Positions 29,801 through 38,171 of a stretch of 64,000 bases of DNA are shown here, piece after piece. Both the position numbers and the translations under genes were made by a program. Source of the DNA: Candidatus Eiseniibacteriota bacterium. GTDB lineage: Bacteria; Eisenbacteria; RBG-16-71-46; CAIMUX01; VGJL01. Under the pieces are notes generated by a model. The model did no database searches. It was not told the origin of the DNA and saw only the letters and a program-made list of their open reading frames with translations. How positions within the stretch are numbered: the stretch's first letter is position 1; each line of letters opens with the position of its first letter. The DNA lies in NCBI GenBank assembly GCA_963792585.1, contig CAWBWI010000006.1, forward strand, positions 672,001 through 736,000, read 5' to 3'.

Positions 29801-30469
29801 CTGCGCAAGCCCGAAGTCGGTCAGGACCACCCGCTCGCCTCCCTCCGATCCTCCCGAGGAGAGGAGCATGACGTTTCCGCTCTTGAGATCGCGGTGGACG
29901 ATCCCAATCTCGTGGGCTGCGGTGAGCCCTTCGGCCATCTGGCGGGCGATCCGCAGAGCTTCATCCGGGCGGAGCCGCCCCTCGCGGTCGAGCCGCCGCT
30001 CCAAGGTCTCCCCTTCCAGAAACTCCATGGTGATGAAGATGATTCGCCCCTGAGGTCCGCCCGACCGCCGGGGAGGGTCATGAAACCAGAGATCGAAGAG
30101 GCGGCACACATTGGCATGGGTGACGCGACGGGCGAGCTGGATTTCTCGCTTGAAACGGGCCACCGCGTGCGCGTCCTCGGCAATCTCCGGACGGATGGTC
30201 TTAAGGGCGACGCGCCCGCCCAGTTCGAGGTCGCTCGCCTCCCAGATCTCCCCCATTGCCCCACGGGCGACAAAACGCTCGATGCGAAACCGACCCGCGG
30301 CCAGCTCGCCGGGCTCGAAAACCATTCGAATATCGGAGGCGGCCTTCGATCGGGCCCCGTGCTCCTGTCGCGCGGGTTCCAGCGAGGTCTCTCGGGCGCG
30401 GTTGTGGGCGTTCGCCGTCGATGGCGACGACTCATTTCTTCGATGACGAATCAGTATGGGGTTCCTCAT
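26891..30469 (-). CDS. Hanks-type Ser/Thr protein kinase with long TPR region
   Basis: RGAMGEIW, VALK, HRDLKSGN, DFG, GTPAYMAPE, DLYSFG; helical TPR-like repeats. Start uncertain (30325, 30469 or 30511). Confidence 0.9.
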   Translation of the reverse strand: MRNPILIRHRRNESSPSTANAHNRARETSLEPARQEHGARSKAASDIRMVFEPGELAAGRFRIERFVARGAMGEIWEASDLELGGRVALKTIRPEIAEDAHAVARFKREIQLARRVTHANVCRLFDLWFHDPPRRSGGPQGRIIFITMEFLEGETLERRLDREGRLRPDEALRIARQMAEGLTAAHEIGIVHRDLKSGNVMLLSSGGSEGGERVVLTDFGLAQDKGLPTQETDLEAESSEDNADPSTRHAAHARYQGTPAYMAPEQVRGGPITPETDLYSFGLVLFEMVTGRLPWIDGPPLEIAQRRLVEPAPSPRTIVPELNPRWEAAILRCLEKEPGLRFSSSREVIEAITGTESIARTRTAAVLPFADQTGVPRHAWLSTALGDLLARRLAVGDELSIVGPEIVAEIARDLGHLPAGSVPEKLRQRLGEQFGVGLFLAGEVRNAPAGDPDEFLWQLRVEAAATGRTTAGVAEVGNSKSLVDLVERASLGLRGALGLDPESPGALGHMRAAYPIIPEAALNFAHATAHLRFGNAGEAREAFEQVIEQDPGFPLAYLGWAEAAQELGYEQEAVRTAQRAFQLSGRLEREERLLVEARFRQLAHDSPRAIDIYRSLWVFHPEDLEHGLRLLRAQIEAGLAVQARVTAAALRALPVPRGDDPRIDAWEAEACSLLGDHSGAMEIAARAAKTASHLGSPSLLARAAEIEGSALHRLGRPNDAVNKFGEALTSFRTLKNAGGEARCLQRLGVVLREQGEIEQAQNLFEAGLEIARQIGCRRTEAGLLANLSVLALGRRDFETAVSLVQEALGIQRTVGDRRGQAHSLNTLMAAYRGSGDSARLHRALDEGIALARSVDNFEMLARLLSNRVIVLSKAGDLSQARGSMEEAQSLLPRIENQNVASVVHSSIAQFEVLQGNLAAAVHGYAEAVRLSRAGGNLQHLAVHLTSLAWAQLMVGGLVPARDALTEGLTLAGKMDATRTRALLLQVFADLSVTEGALDEARQQIEESISLFEANNETWNLGESYLAAAHIAFERGELSRSEDLIATAIRWNLDLGETEPEALSRAFRSRILLALDRAGEAESEIARAREILARQANRQRLSDIQVGLNATRVQLALGRKAEARRTVESVLSKATETGFVVLEFEARLLLGEVILAEGGRESGRAIIESLAEEASLRGHRRVSDAARRLLENQ

Positions 30470-30745
30470 CTCTTCGGAGATCTCTGGGGGCGTCCCCGAA
30501 GACCCGCGCAATAGGGGACCGATTAGAGTACACGATCCCGGGTGAACGAGGGGGAGAGAAATGGCTTCGGAACGTCGCGTCCATGAATCCCGCGGGCGCG
30601 GGAGTCCCAGGGGTCGGCGCGGGAAAGAAGGGCGGGGGGAGCCACTTCCCGCGTCCCAAGAGCGCGGTCGGCCCCCCCCCCCGATCGATGCGTCAGGCTG
30701 CCATGCATCCGCATGCGCGTAGGCAGACAGCCCGCCGTTTCCGCA

Positions 30746-33700
30746 TCACCGCCGAATGACGATCCGGCGGGTCGCGCAGGCCGATCCGGTGACCAACCGC
30801 ACGAAGTAGACGCCGGAGGGTACGGGGCGGCCCATTTCGTCGCGCGTGTTCCAGGTGTATGCGTGAGTTGCGGCCCCGAGTTCGCCGTCGACCAATCTCG
30901 CAATGCGACGTCCTTGCACGTCCATGATGTCGAGCGCCGCGTGGCCTACGTCCGGAAGCGTGAACGCGATCCGCGCGGTCGAGGAAATGGGGTTCGGAGC
31001 GATGGTCGCGAAGGTCGCGCTGCTTTCGACTGCGGGATTCTCGTTGATCACTTCCGCCGTCAGCGGGAGTTGGCGCAGATCGGTCTCGGTTGGGGAGTTT
31101 CCCTGAAGCATCAACCAGGGACCGTAAGGAAAGTACGGGCTTGCGCTCCGAACATGGACGCGCCAGTGGACGATGTCCATTGACGGTGTCGTGAAGGTCG
31201 CGGTGAAACGGATCGCGCTTCCCTCGCCGAGCACAGGGGAGCCGGTATCCTCGAATGTGCCAACTGCCGTGTCCGCCCACCCCGACAGCCCCGCCTCTTG
31301 GAATGCGACCTCCGCCCGGGCTCGAGTGCGGCCCGCGGCGCTGCGATACATCATTGCGATGTGGAAAGTATCGGTCTGAAGCACGTTTCGGCCGCCCGTC
31401 GAGATGCGCGCCGCATTGTTGGCCAGAAGTTGCATCAGCGCGCGGTCCACGCCGCCCTCGTCGTTTCCGTGGAAGCACTGCGCCGAACCCAGTTTCTCTT
31501 GGTCGTACCATCCAAGCGGCGCGCCGATGAGAAGATCCGAGAAACCGTCGCCATTCACGTCACCCGCGCCGCTCACGGATGCGCCAATCTGGTCACCGAC
31601 CGTTCCAGGTGGGGTGCTCCAGGCGGGGGGCGACGTCAGGCCCGTCAGGCTGCCCAGGTAGAGATCGGCCGCACCAAGCCCGCTCAGCCCGAGAGAAGGT
31701 CGGCCGACGATCAGATCCGAGAAACCGTCATCGTTCACGTCCCCGGCGGTCGCGAGACCGGAACCGAGGGTCTCCCCGTCGGTCGTACCCTGGAGAAGGA
31801 AAGATGGGGTAGTCTCCAGTCCTGTCGCGTTCCCGCCGAAGACCTCGACCATCCCCGCCTGGTTCGGCCCGGACGGGTAGGCAGCCGACGTGATGGCGAC
31901 GTCGGCGAATCCGTCGCCGTTCGCGTCACCAACGGTCGCGAGCGCAAGGCCGAATGCCTGATTCGCCATCGTTCCCGCGCGCGTCCAGGCTGGGGTCGCG
32001 GCGAGCCCGAACGCGGAACCGAGATAGAGACTCACCTGACCCGCTCGGATTGGACCGCCCGGCGCTGCATCCATGGAGACGAGCAGGTCGTCGTAACCGT
32101 CGCCGTTGACGTCACCGGCGGAGGTGACCGCGCGGCCAAAGTTCGCGTTCTGGTATCCCCCGCGAGCCTCCCAGTCCGCGAAGGCATCGGGTCCCCCCGC
32201 CGAACCACAGAAAACCCGGACCCGACCTTCGCCCGCCGTCTCGCCGAAGCCGTGGCCACTAAGGATGATGTCGGAGAAACCGTCACCGTCGATATCAGCC
32301 GAACTCAGGGAGTAACCGAGTTGCTCCTGACTGAGCGGTGAGCCAACAAAGGATGCGAACAATGCCAAGCCTGCGGATCCACCCTTCCAGAGCTCGACCA
32401 TTCCCAGCACGAAGTTACCCTCACGGTAATTGGGGTCGGAGATCAGCAGGTCGTCGTAGCCGTCGGCATTCACGTCGCCGGCCCGACTCAATCCGTATCC
32501 GTAGAGGACGGTGGATCCGGTGGTGTTGTCGGCCGGAAGAGTCTGGAACGGGACGTCCGAGAGACCCGTCTCGCTTCCCAGGTAGATGCGAACCACGCCG
32601 CGTTGATTCGGACCGACGGTCTCCTGCGGGGCGCCGACCGCGGCATCATCGAAACCATCGGCATTGATGTCGCCGATGATCTCCACCGCCTGGCCGTACC
32701 GATCGAAGTCATGGGCCCCGGTGCGCAACCAGGAGGGATTCGTCTGCGGCGGCCCGGCGGCACCTGCGTATATGAAGACAGCTCCGACATCGGGCAACGT
32801 GCCGTCGAAACTCTGAGCACCCACCATGATGTCGGAAAAACCGTCCCCGTTCGCGTCCCCCGCGGTCACCACCGACTTGCCAAACAACTCTCCGAGCTGG
32901 TCTCCGAGAAATGTGAAGGCCGCTGATGTCGGCACGCCGGCCGGCACCCCAAGAAAGACGAGCACCGCCCCCTCATCCGCTTGGTTACCGTCCCAGCCGA
33001 AGGCTCCAATGGCGAAATCGGCCATCCCGTCCCCATTGAGGTCCCCTACGGCTCCGAGGGCGTTCCCCAGGGCCCCTCCGACCTGGTTCGACTCGTAGAT
33101 CGCCACCGGTGTGGTCGAGATTGGCGTGGGGCTGCCTAGATACAGGAATGCGCGGCCCTCGTTGGCCTGTCCGTTGTCGAATGATTGCGCACCGACCAGG
33201 AAGTCGGCATAGCCGTCGCCGTTCACGTCGCCGGCATTGGCGATGGCCGAGCCGTAGGCCGCGCTCTCCTGATTGCCTTCCACTTGCCATGCCGGGGTCG
33301 TGGCCAGGCCGTGTGCTGAGCCCAGGTAGAGAAACACTTTGCCCTCGCTCGTTTCGCCATTGGTAAAGCGAAACGCCGCGACGAGGACATCGCCGAAGCC
33401 GTCGCCGTTCACGTCCCCGGCGGTCGAGACCTGGGAACCGAACCGCACTCCCGCGACATTCGATTCGACGGTCCAGGCGGGGGTCGTGGCGATGCCGTTC
33501 GCAGATCCGAGGAATACCTGGGCACAACCTTCGCCAGCCTGCCCGTTGCTGAAGGCCTGGCTTCCGACAATCAGGTCCTGGACGCCGTCTCCGTTGACGT
33601 CACCCGCACCCTTCACCGTCTGGCCGAACAGGGCGTCGGCCTGGGAGCCAACCAGAACCACGTCCGGCGATCCAAAGATCGTGTGATTGTCGCCGTAATA

Positions 33701-34240
33701 CACATGGACGGCACCCTCATCTCCCGCACCCGCCATGGGGATGCCGATGGCAAAGTCATCCCAGCCGTCGCCGTTCACGTCGCCCAGGCAGGCAACTGCG
33801 CTTCCGAGAAGTGCTCCGGCCTCATCGGACTCGAAGATCTTCGCCGGGGTCGTCGAGAGCCCGGCCGACGTGCCGTAATAGAGGTAGGCGCGGCCCTCCG
33901 TCGTTTGCCCGTGGGCGTAGAACCGGGCGCCGACCAGAAGGTCCGAGAACCCGTCCACGTTCACGTCTCCGGCGGTGATAGCGTTCTCGCCGAAGAGGCT
34001 GCCGCCCTGATCGCCGATGATTTCCGCTGAGGGTGTGTTCGAAATCAGGGGAGCCGCTTGGACTGGACCGCCGGTCCCGAGTGCCGCGAGCACGATCAGC
34101 ACCACAGCCGAATGGAACAACCAAGAACCAACCTCCAACGGCCGTCTGGCAAGGGGCAGACGCGCGGCAACACGGTTCTTGGCTCCGAGGGAAAGGGGTC
34201 CCGAGTTTCCTAACGGGCTCCATCTATCGGGGGATCGCAT
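30746..34240 (-). CDS. FG-GAP (integrin-alpha-like) repeat protein with C-terminal FlgD-Ig/T9SS-like domain
   Basis: 14 GDxNxDGxxD-type repeats counted; C-terminal APNP...WNTRDEMGRPVPSGVYFVRL; AAGGAG RBS before ATG 34240. Confidence 0.9.
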   Translation of the reverse strand: MRSPDRWSPLGNSGPLSLGAKNRVAARLPLARRPLEVGSWLFHSAVVLIVLAALGTGGPVQAAPLISNTPSAEIIGDQGGSLFGENAITAGDVNVDGFSDLLVGARFYAHGQTTEGRAYLYYGTSAGLSTTPAKIFESDEAGALLGSAVACLGDVNGDGWDDFAIGIPMAGAGDEGAVHVYYGDNHTIFGSPDVVLVGSQADALFGQTVKGAGDVNGDGVQDLIVGSQAFSNGQAGEGCAQVFLGSANGIATTPAWTVESNVAGVRFGSQVSTAGDVNGDGFGDVLVAAFRFTNGETSEGKVFLYLGSAHGLATTPAWQVEGNQESAAYGSAIANAGDVNGDGYADFLVGAQSFDNGQANEGRAFLYLGSPTPISTTPVAIYESNQVGGALGNALGAVGDLNGDGMADFAIGAFGWDGNQADEGAVLVFLGVPAGVPTSAAFTFLGDQLGELFGKSVVTAGDANGDGFSDIMVGAQSFDGTLPDVGAVFIYAGAAGPPQTNPSWLRTGAHDFDRYGQAVEIIGDINADGFDDAAVGAPQETVGPNQRGVVRIYLGSETGLSDVPFQTLPADNTTGSTVLYGYGLSRAGDVNADGYDDLLISDPNYREGNFVLGMVELWKGGSAGLALFASFVGSPLSQEQLGYSLSSADIDGDGFSDIILSGHGFGETAGEGRVRVFCGSAGGPDAFADWEARGGYQNANFGRAVTSAGDVNGDGYDDLLVSMDAAPGGPIRAGQVSLYLGSAFGLAATPAWTRAGTMANQAFGLALATVGDANGDGFADVAITSAAYPSGPNQAGMVEVFGGNATGLETTPSFLLQGTTDGETLGSGLATAGDVNDDGFSDLIVGRPSLGLSGLGAADLYLGSLTGLTSPPAWSTPPGTVGDQIGASVSGAGDVNGDGFSDLLIGAPLGWYDQEKLGSAQCFHGNDEGGVDRALMQLLANNAARISTGGRNVLQTDTFHIAMMYRSAAGRTRARAEVAFQEAGLSGWADTAVGTFEDTGSPVLGEGSAIRFTATFTTPSMDIVHWRVHVRSASPYFPYGPWLMLQGNSPTETDLRQLPLTAEVINENPAVESSATFATIAPNPISSTARIAFTLPDVGHAALDIMDVQGRRIARLVDGELGAATHAYTWNTRDEMGRPVPSGVYFVRLVTGSACATRRIVIRR

Positions 34241-34485
34241 GGTTTCTCTCCTTGGGTAGAGGCTTGCCCGAACCGGAATCGGTTCGGCCCCGCCGACTGG
34301 CGGACTGACCGGCACATGCAACTCCTAGGCCAGGTGACCATCCACGGGGAGAGAAGGACTTAGCGGCATCCTGCGACGGCTGATGGGCGTGCGCACCGGT
34401 GTGCGGGTGTGCGCGCACACCATCCATGAGTCGGTCCGCTTCTGTTCAGATGGAGTCTTCGCGGAGCGCGGGATGCAGAGGTCGC

Positions 34486-36087
34486 TCAGCGCCCCGCTGG
34501 AGGCGAAGGCCCAGGGCTTCCGGCAGCCCGAGCAGGCTCTGTACCGCGGGTCGCTTCCAGTTGTTCTTGAAAGAGCCTGTAGGAGATCGTCGCGATGGCG
34601 AAGAGGATCCACATGAAATACAGGTACACGTTTCCACGCTGGTGATCTGAGCGCACCTGCGCCAACGTGAACTGGATGATCTGAATGTGGGCCAGAAGCA
34701 GCGTGATGCGGCTCAACGTCCATGGTGCCCGTGAGAATCTCCAGGCCAGCGAACTCTTCCAGATGAGCTTGCCCAGCATCCAAACCCATGTCGACAACCC
34801 CAGGATTCCGATGGTGTACATGTACCAGAGAAAAGCACTGTGGGGCCAGAGGTAGCCGAATCCCCCCCCACCAGCAATGTCGTAGAAAGGCCCATGGCCG
34901 ATCAACGGATGTTCCTGGATCTTGGACATGATGCTCGTCCACGCCACGACCCGCGTCTCCGGAATCCCCCGTACAAACTCACTTCCCAGCAAACGCGCGA
35001 CGATCCGGACGTCGGCGATGTTGCGGCCCGTATAGAGCTGAACGGCTCCGATGAGCAAGAAGATCCCCAGGAATCCAAAGATGATCTTCTTCCGGCTCAT
35101 CCGGTGACGTAGGAACCAGAGGGCGAGAAGACCACCGATAATCCAGATGACGGCGCCGCCCCGATTGACCGTCAAGACGAGCATGACCACTGAAAGAGCG
35201 GCAAGAGTGTAGTAGCCGATCCTCGCAAGCCCGCTCTTTGTTCGCTGGGCGAGGAGGATCTCCACATAGAAGACGATGGCGCTGAAGTCCGCCAGTAGCC
35301 CGTGTGAGCCGAAGACTCCTCCAATCCTCACCCCGGTAGGATCGCTTTGCCCGGCCCGGTAGATGAACCAGTCGGGGATCAGCAGTTTTCCGTGCGTGAA
35401 GAACTCATACAGAGCGGTGATGTCGACGAAGAGCGCGGTGATACAAAGGGCCTTCAGAAGCGAGTAAAGATGAGACTCCTTCTGAATGGCATTGACCAGA
35501 AGGACATACAGAAGCGCGCCGGCCGCGAGGAAGGTAGCGCTCTTCAATCCCTCGCTGAGGGCGCGGCCGGTGCTGACGTTGACGAAGGATAGCAGATGCG
35601 CCCCAAGGTAGAGGAGAATGGCCCAGTCGATAGGGGTGCGGACCGGGTGGGGCATCTTCCTCAGCCGCACCTGAACGAGCCACAGAATCGCGAGGAGGCA
35701 CAGGAAGATGACGTTCGTGTCTCCGATGAAGATGAAGGTCGGAGCGGGAAAGACAACGACGAAGAGGATCAAAGCCGACGCAAGCGGCAGGGAAGCGACT
35801 GCGCCAAAGAAGATGAGGCCGAAGAGCAACTTGATGTAACGGGGCGTCGGGTTGATCGACTGGTAGGCGACGAATGCGCCCAAGATCACGGCCAGCGGCA
35901 GATAGACCCATGGACTCTGGATGAGTTCCCGGAGGGATCGAGAATAGCCGATCTGCGTCCCGGTTCTTGTTCGCACACCCACCCCCGGTGAGTCCGGTCG
36001 TGACCTACGAAACAGACCCAATGGTCTTCCATTAGATCGGCAACCCTGCGAGTCCGCATGATAGATGCTGGCCCAAGGCAGCGCCAC
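34486..36087 (-). CDS. O-antigen ligase/Wzy_C-family membrane protein
   Basis: Many TM helices; LTVNRGG, HPLIGHGP, WPHS...GILGL. The true start is probably near GTG 35982. Confidence 0.8.
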   Translation of the reverse strand: MALPWASIYHADSQGCRSNGRPLGLFRRSRPDSPGVGVRTRTGTQIGYSRSLRELIQSPWVYLPLAVILGAFVAYQSINPTPRYIKLLFGLIFFGAVASLPLASALILFVVVFPAPTFIFIGDTNVIFLCLLAILWLVQVRLRKMPHPVRTPIDWAILLYLGAHLLSFVNVSTGRALSEGLKSATFLAAGALLYVLLVNAIQKESHLYSLLKALCITALFVDITALYEFFTHGKLLIPDWFIYRAGQSDPTGVRIGGVFGSHGLLADFSAIVFYVEILLAQRTKSGLARIGYYTLAALSVVMLVLTVNRGGAVIWIIGGLLALWFLRHRMSRKKIIFGFLGIFLLIGAVQLYTGRNIADVRIVARLLGSEFVRGIPETRVVAWTSIMSKIQEHPLIGHGPFYDIAGGGGFGYLWPHSAFLWYMYTIGILGLSTWVWMLGKLIWKSSLAWRFSRAPWTLSRITLLLAHIQIIQFTLAQVRSDHQRGNVYLYFMWILFAIATISYRLFQEQLEATRGTEPARAAGSPGPSPPAGR

Positions 36088-36172
36088 TTGACACCCCGTG
36101 GCGGGCCGGATCTCTACCGGCGGGGAGAGACGAATGGCGCTCTAACTATATTGTCTATATTGAGTTAGAATC

Positions 36173-37546
36173 TCAACGAACTTCCATGAGGTAGAGGAAT
36201 CGATCGGAATTGCGGATCTTCTCCGAGGCGAGGACTCGGTAGCGCCCTGTGAACGCCTCCTCGAACCCCTCGAGGGTGTAGTTCGAGAAGATGTCCTCGC
36301 GGGAAGCGAGGAGCTTCCGAACCTTCGGGTCCGTCTTCGGTACGAACTCGATGATCAAGTGCCTCCCTAGATCGGCAAAGTGCTCTGCGATTCTCGGCAG
36401 GGGCAGGTTGTTCGCGATGGCGAGATGATGCACGAGCGCAAGAGCCATCACGGCGTCCGCCGGACCTCGTTCCCGCAAGGACATCCGCTCCTCGTTGGCC
36501 CACCCAATCGATGCGCTCGGGTTCGTGAGATCGAGGACCAACGGAAGCAGGTCCGTTTCCTTGTCTCGAACGACCTGCCGATAGTTGAGTTCAACCGCGG
36601 CCGGGTCGACATCCCACGCAACCGTGAAGATTCCTTTCCGGCTCGCCAGGCGGCTGTGAAGACCCGTGTTTGCCCCGAGATCCCAGAGGGATTTTGGCGC
36701 CGCCTTGTCGAGAAAAGCCTCGACGAGCTGCTTCTTGTGCTCGAGCCCCGTGTTGTCATAGCTGTCTCCCTGGTAGTACTCGCTCCAGGTGGTTCCACTG
36801 GGAGTCCACCCCAGGCGAGAGACCAGACCGCGGAGGCTCTCGATGAAGTTCGCCAAGGCGCGCCGGCTGATCTGACGCTGCGTGCCCTTCGAATCCCCGA
36901 CCCGATCGGCGTACTTGCGCTGCATTCTCGCGTGCGCGTGGATGTGGAGCTGAATCGAGAAATCGAGCTTGGTTCGGGCAGGGAGCAGCTTCGACGCGAG
37001 TTCCAACGGGATTCCGTCGATGTAGATGCGCAAGAGCTGACTCAAGGAGACATCGCGGCGGGACATCAACGTCAACGGCGCCAGGAAATGTTGACAGAAC
37101 TGACGGTAGGCCACCCAAGGAGCACCATCGCGATACGACTCGAACGAGAGAGTGTCGATCAGTACCGGACGTCCCCTCACGAATTGAATGTTGTAGGCGC
37201 TCGCGTCCTTGAGGCACATCCCGCGTTCCAGGGCGCGCCGCTCAATCTCGAGGGTGAGAAGCGCCGCGTCCTTCAACTGACCGAAGCTCCATTCGTAGGG
37301 ATAGGAGATGAACGCGAGCTGCTCCGGAACGATGACCTTGTAGGCTTCGCCGGTTCGGGCCAGATCTCCACTGACCTCGGTGTGCTTCAGAAGGAGACCA
37401 GCCTCACTGAGTTCTTCGTATAGGCCGGAAGCGACCAGTTTCTCATAGTCGTTCTGGTAGCTTCTATTGACCTGCCGGTAGAGAACTCCCTCGTGCTTGA
37501 AGAGGAACCCGCTTGGATCTCGGAACGAGGCCCTGCTGTGGAGCAT
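36173..37546 (-). CDS. NoeA-like SAM-dependent methyltransferase
   Basis: SFRDPSG, FISYPYEWSF, LKDASAYNIQF, WDLGANTG, LALVHHLAI. Confidence 0.85.
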   Translation of the reverse strand: MLHSRASFRDPSGFLFKHEGVLYRQVNRSYQNDYEKLVASGLYEELSEAGLLLKHTEVSGDLARTGEAYKVIVPEQLAFISYPYEWSFGQLKDAALLTLEIERRALERGMCLKDASAYNIQFVRGRPVLIDTLSFESYRDGAPWVAYRQFCQHFLAPLTLMSRRDVSLSQLLRIYIDGIPLELASKLLPARTKLDFSIQLHIHAHARMQRKYADRVGDSKGTQRQISRRALANFIESLRGLVSRLGWTPSGTTWSEYYQGDSYDNTGLEHKKQLVEAFLDKAAPKSLWDLGANTGLHSRLASRKGIFTVAWDVDPAAVELNYRQVVRDKETDLLPLVLDLTNPSASIGWANEERMSLRERGPADAVMALALVHHLAIANNLPLPRIAEHFADLGRHLIIEFVPKTDPKVRKLLASREDIFSNYTLEGFEEAFTGRYRVLASEKIRNSDRFLYLMEVR

Positions 37547-37598
37547 GTCTCAGGCTAGGTCCAGGAGGTGGATGCCATCGGCGGAGTCGTCGTCCCCG

Positions 37599-37814
37599 CT
37601 ACTTCCTGGGGCGTCGGAAGAGGAGTGCCAACCGGCTGATCGACTTGCGAAAGACAACGGCCACGGTGACCAGACCCGCCGCGAGAAGCTGAAGGATCAG
37701 GCTGCCCGTTCCTGGATCGATGTACGCGTACGCCTCCCGAGGGAAGAGTAGGAGGAGAAGTGCAGCGGGAACGCCCACCGCGCCAATCAATCTCAAGACA
37801 ATCCTCGCCACCAT
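37599..37814 (-). CDS. Small membrane protein with YIDPGTGS motif
   Basis: GAGG RBS; signal-like segment, AYA|YIDPGTGS, TM helix, basic tail. Confidence 0.75.
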   Translation of the reverse strand: MVARIVLRLIGAVGVPAALLLLLFPREAYAYIDPGTGSLILQLLAAGLVTVAVVFRKSISRLALLFRRPRK

Positions 37815-38171
37815 ATCCTCCGGTTCATGATGCGGATCCGAATCGAGAGTTCCCCGAGGCCACAGTATCTATATCGGCGCAGCCGCCGCCAAATCAAGCC
37901 TATCCTCCCTTCGAGCGGCCTGTCCAGCGAGGAATCCCCCCGTGACGGGTCCACCGGACCTCTCTGTGACTCCACGGCTTGCGATCAAACTCCAGTCCTC
38001 TCCGGACACGCTGGCGAGAGGCCCGTATGCTTGACCCACCTGATTGGGGTGCCCTAGACTGCGATCCATGCAATCATGGACTTGGGCGTGCGATTCCGCG
38101 CGCGATATGCAGCTCGAGGGGCGTCGGGGGCTGCCCGCCGCTCCGACGCGACTTGGAAGCATCCGGCTTCC

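Noticed and set aside
36141..36171. dif (XerCD) site
   Set aside because: Only a partial XerD-arm resemblance and no XerC arm. It is kept only as an unexplained motif.
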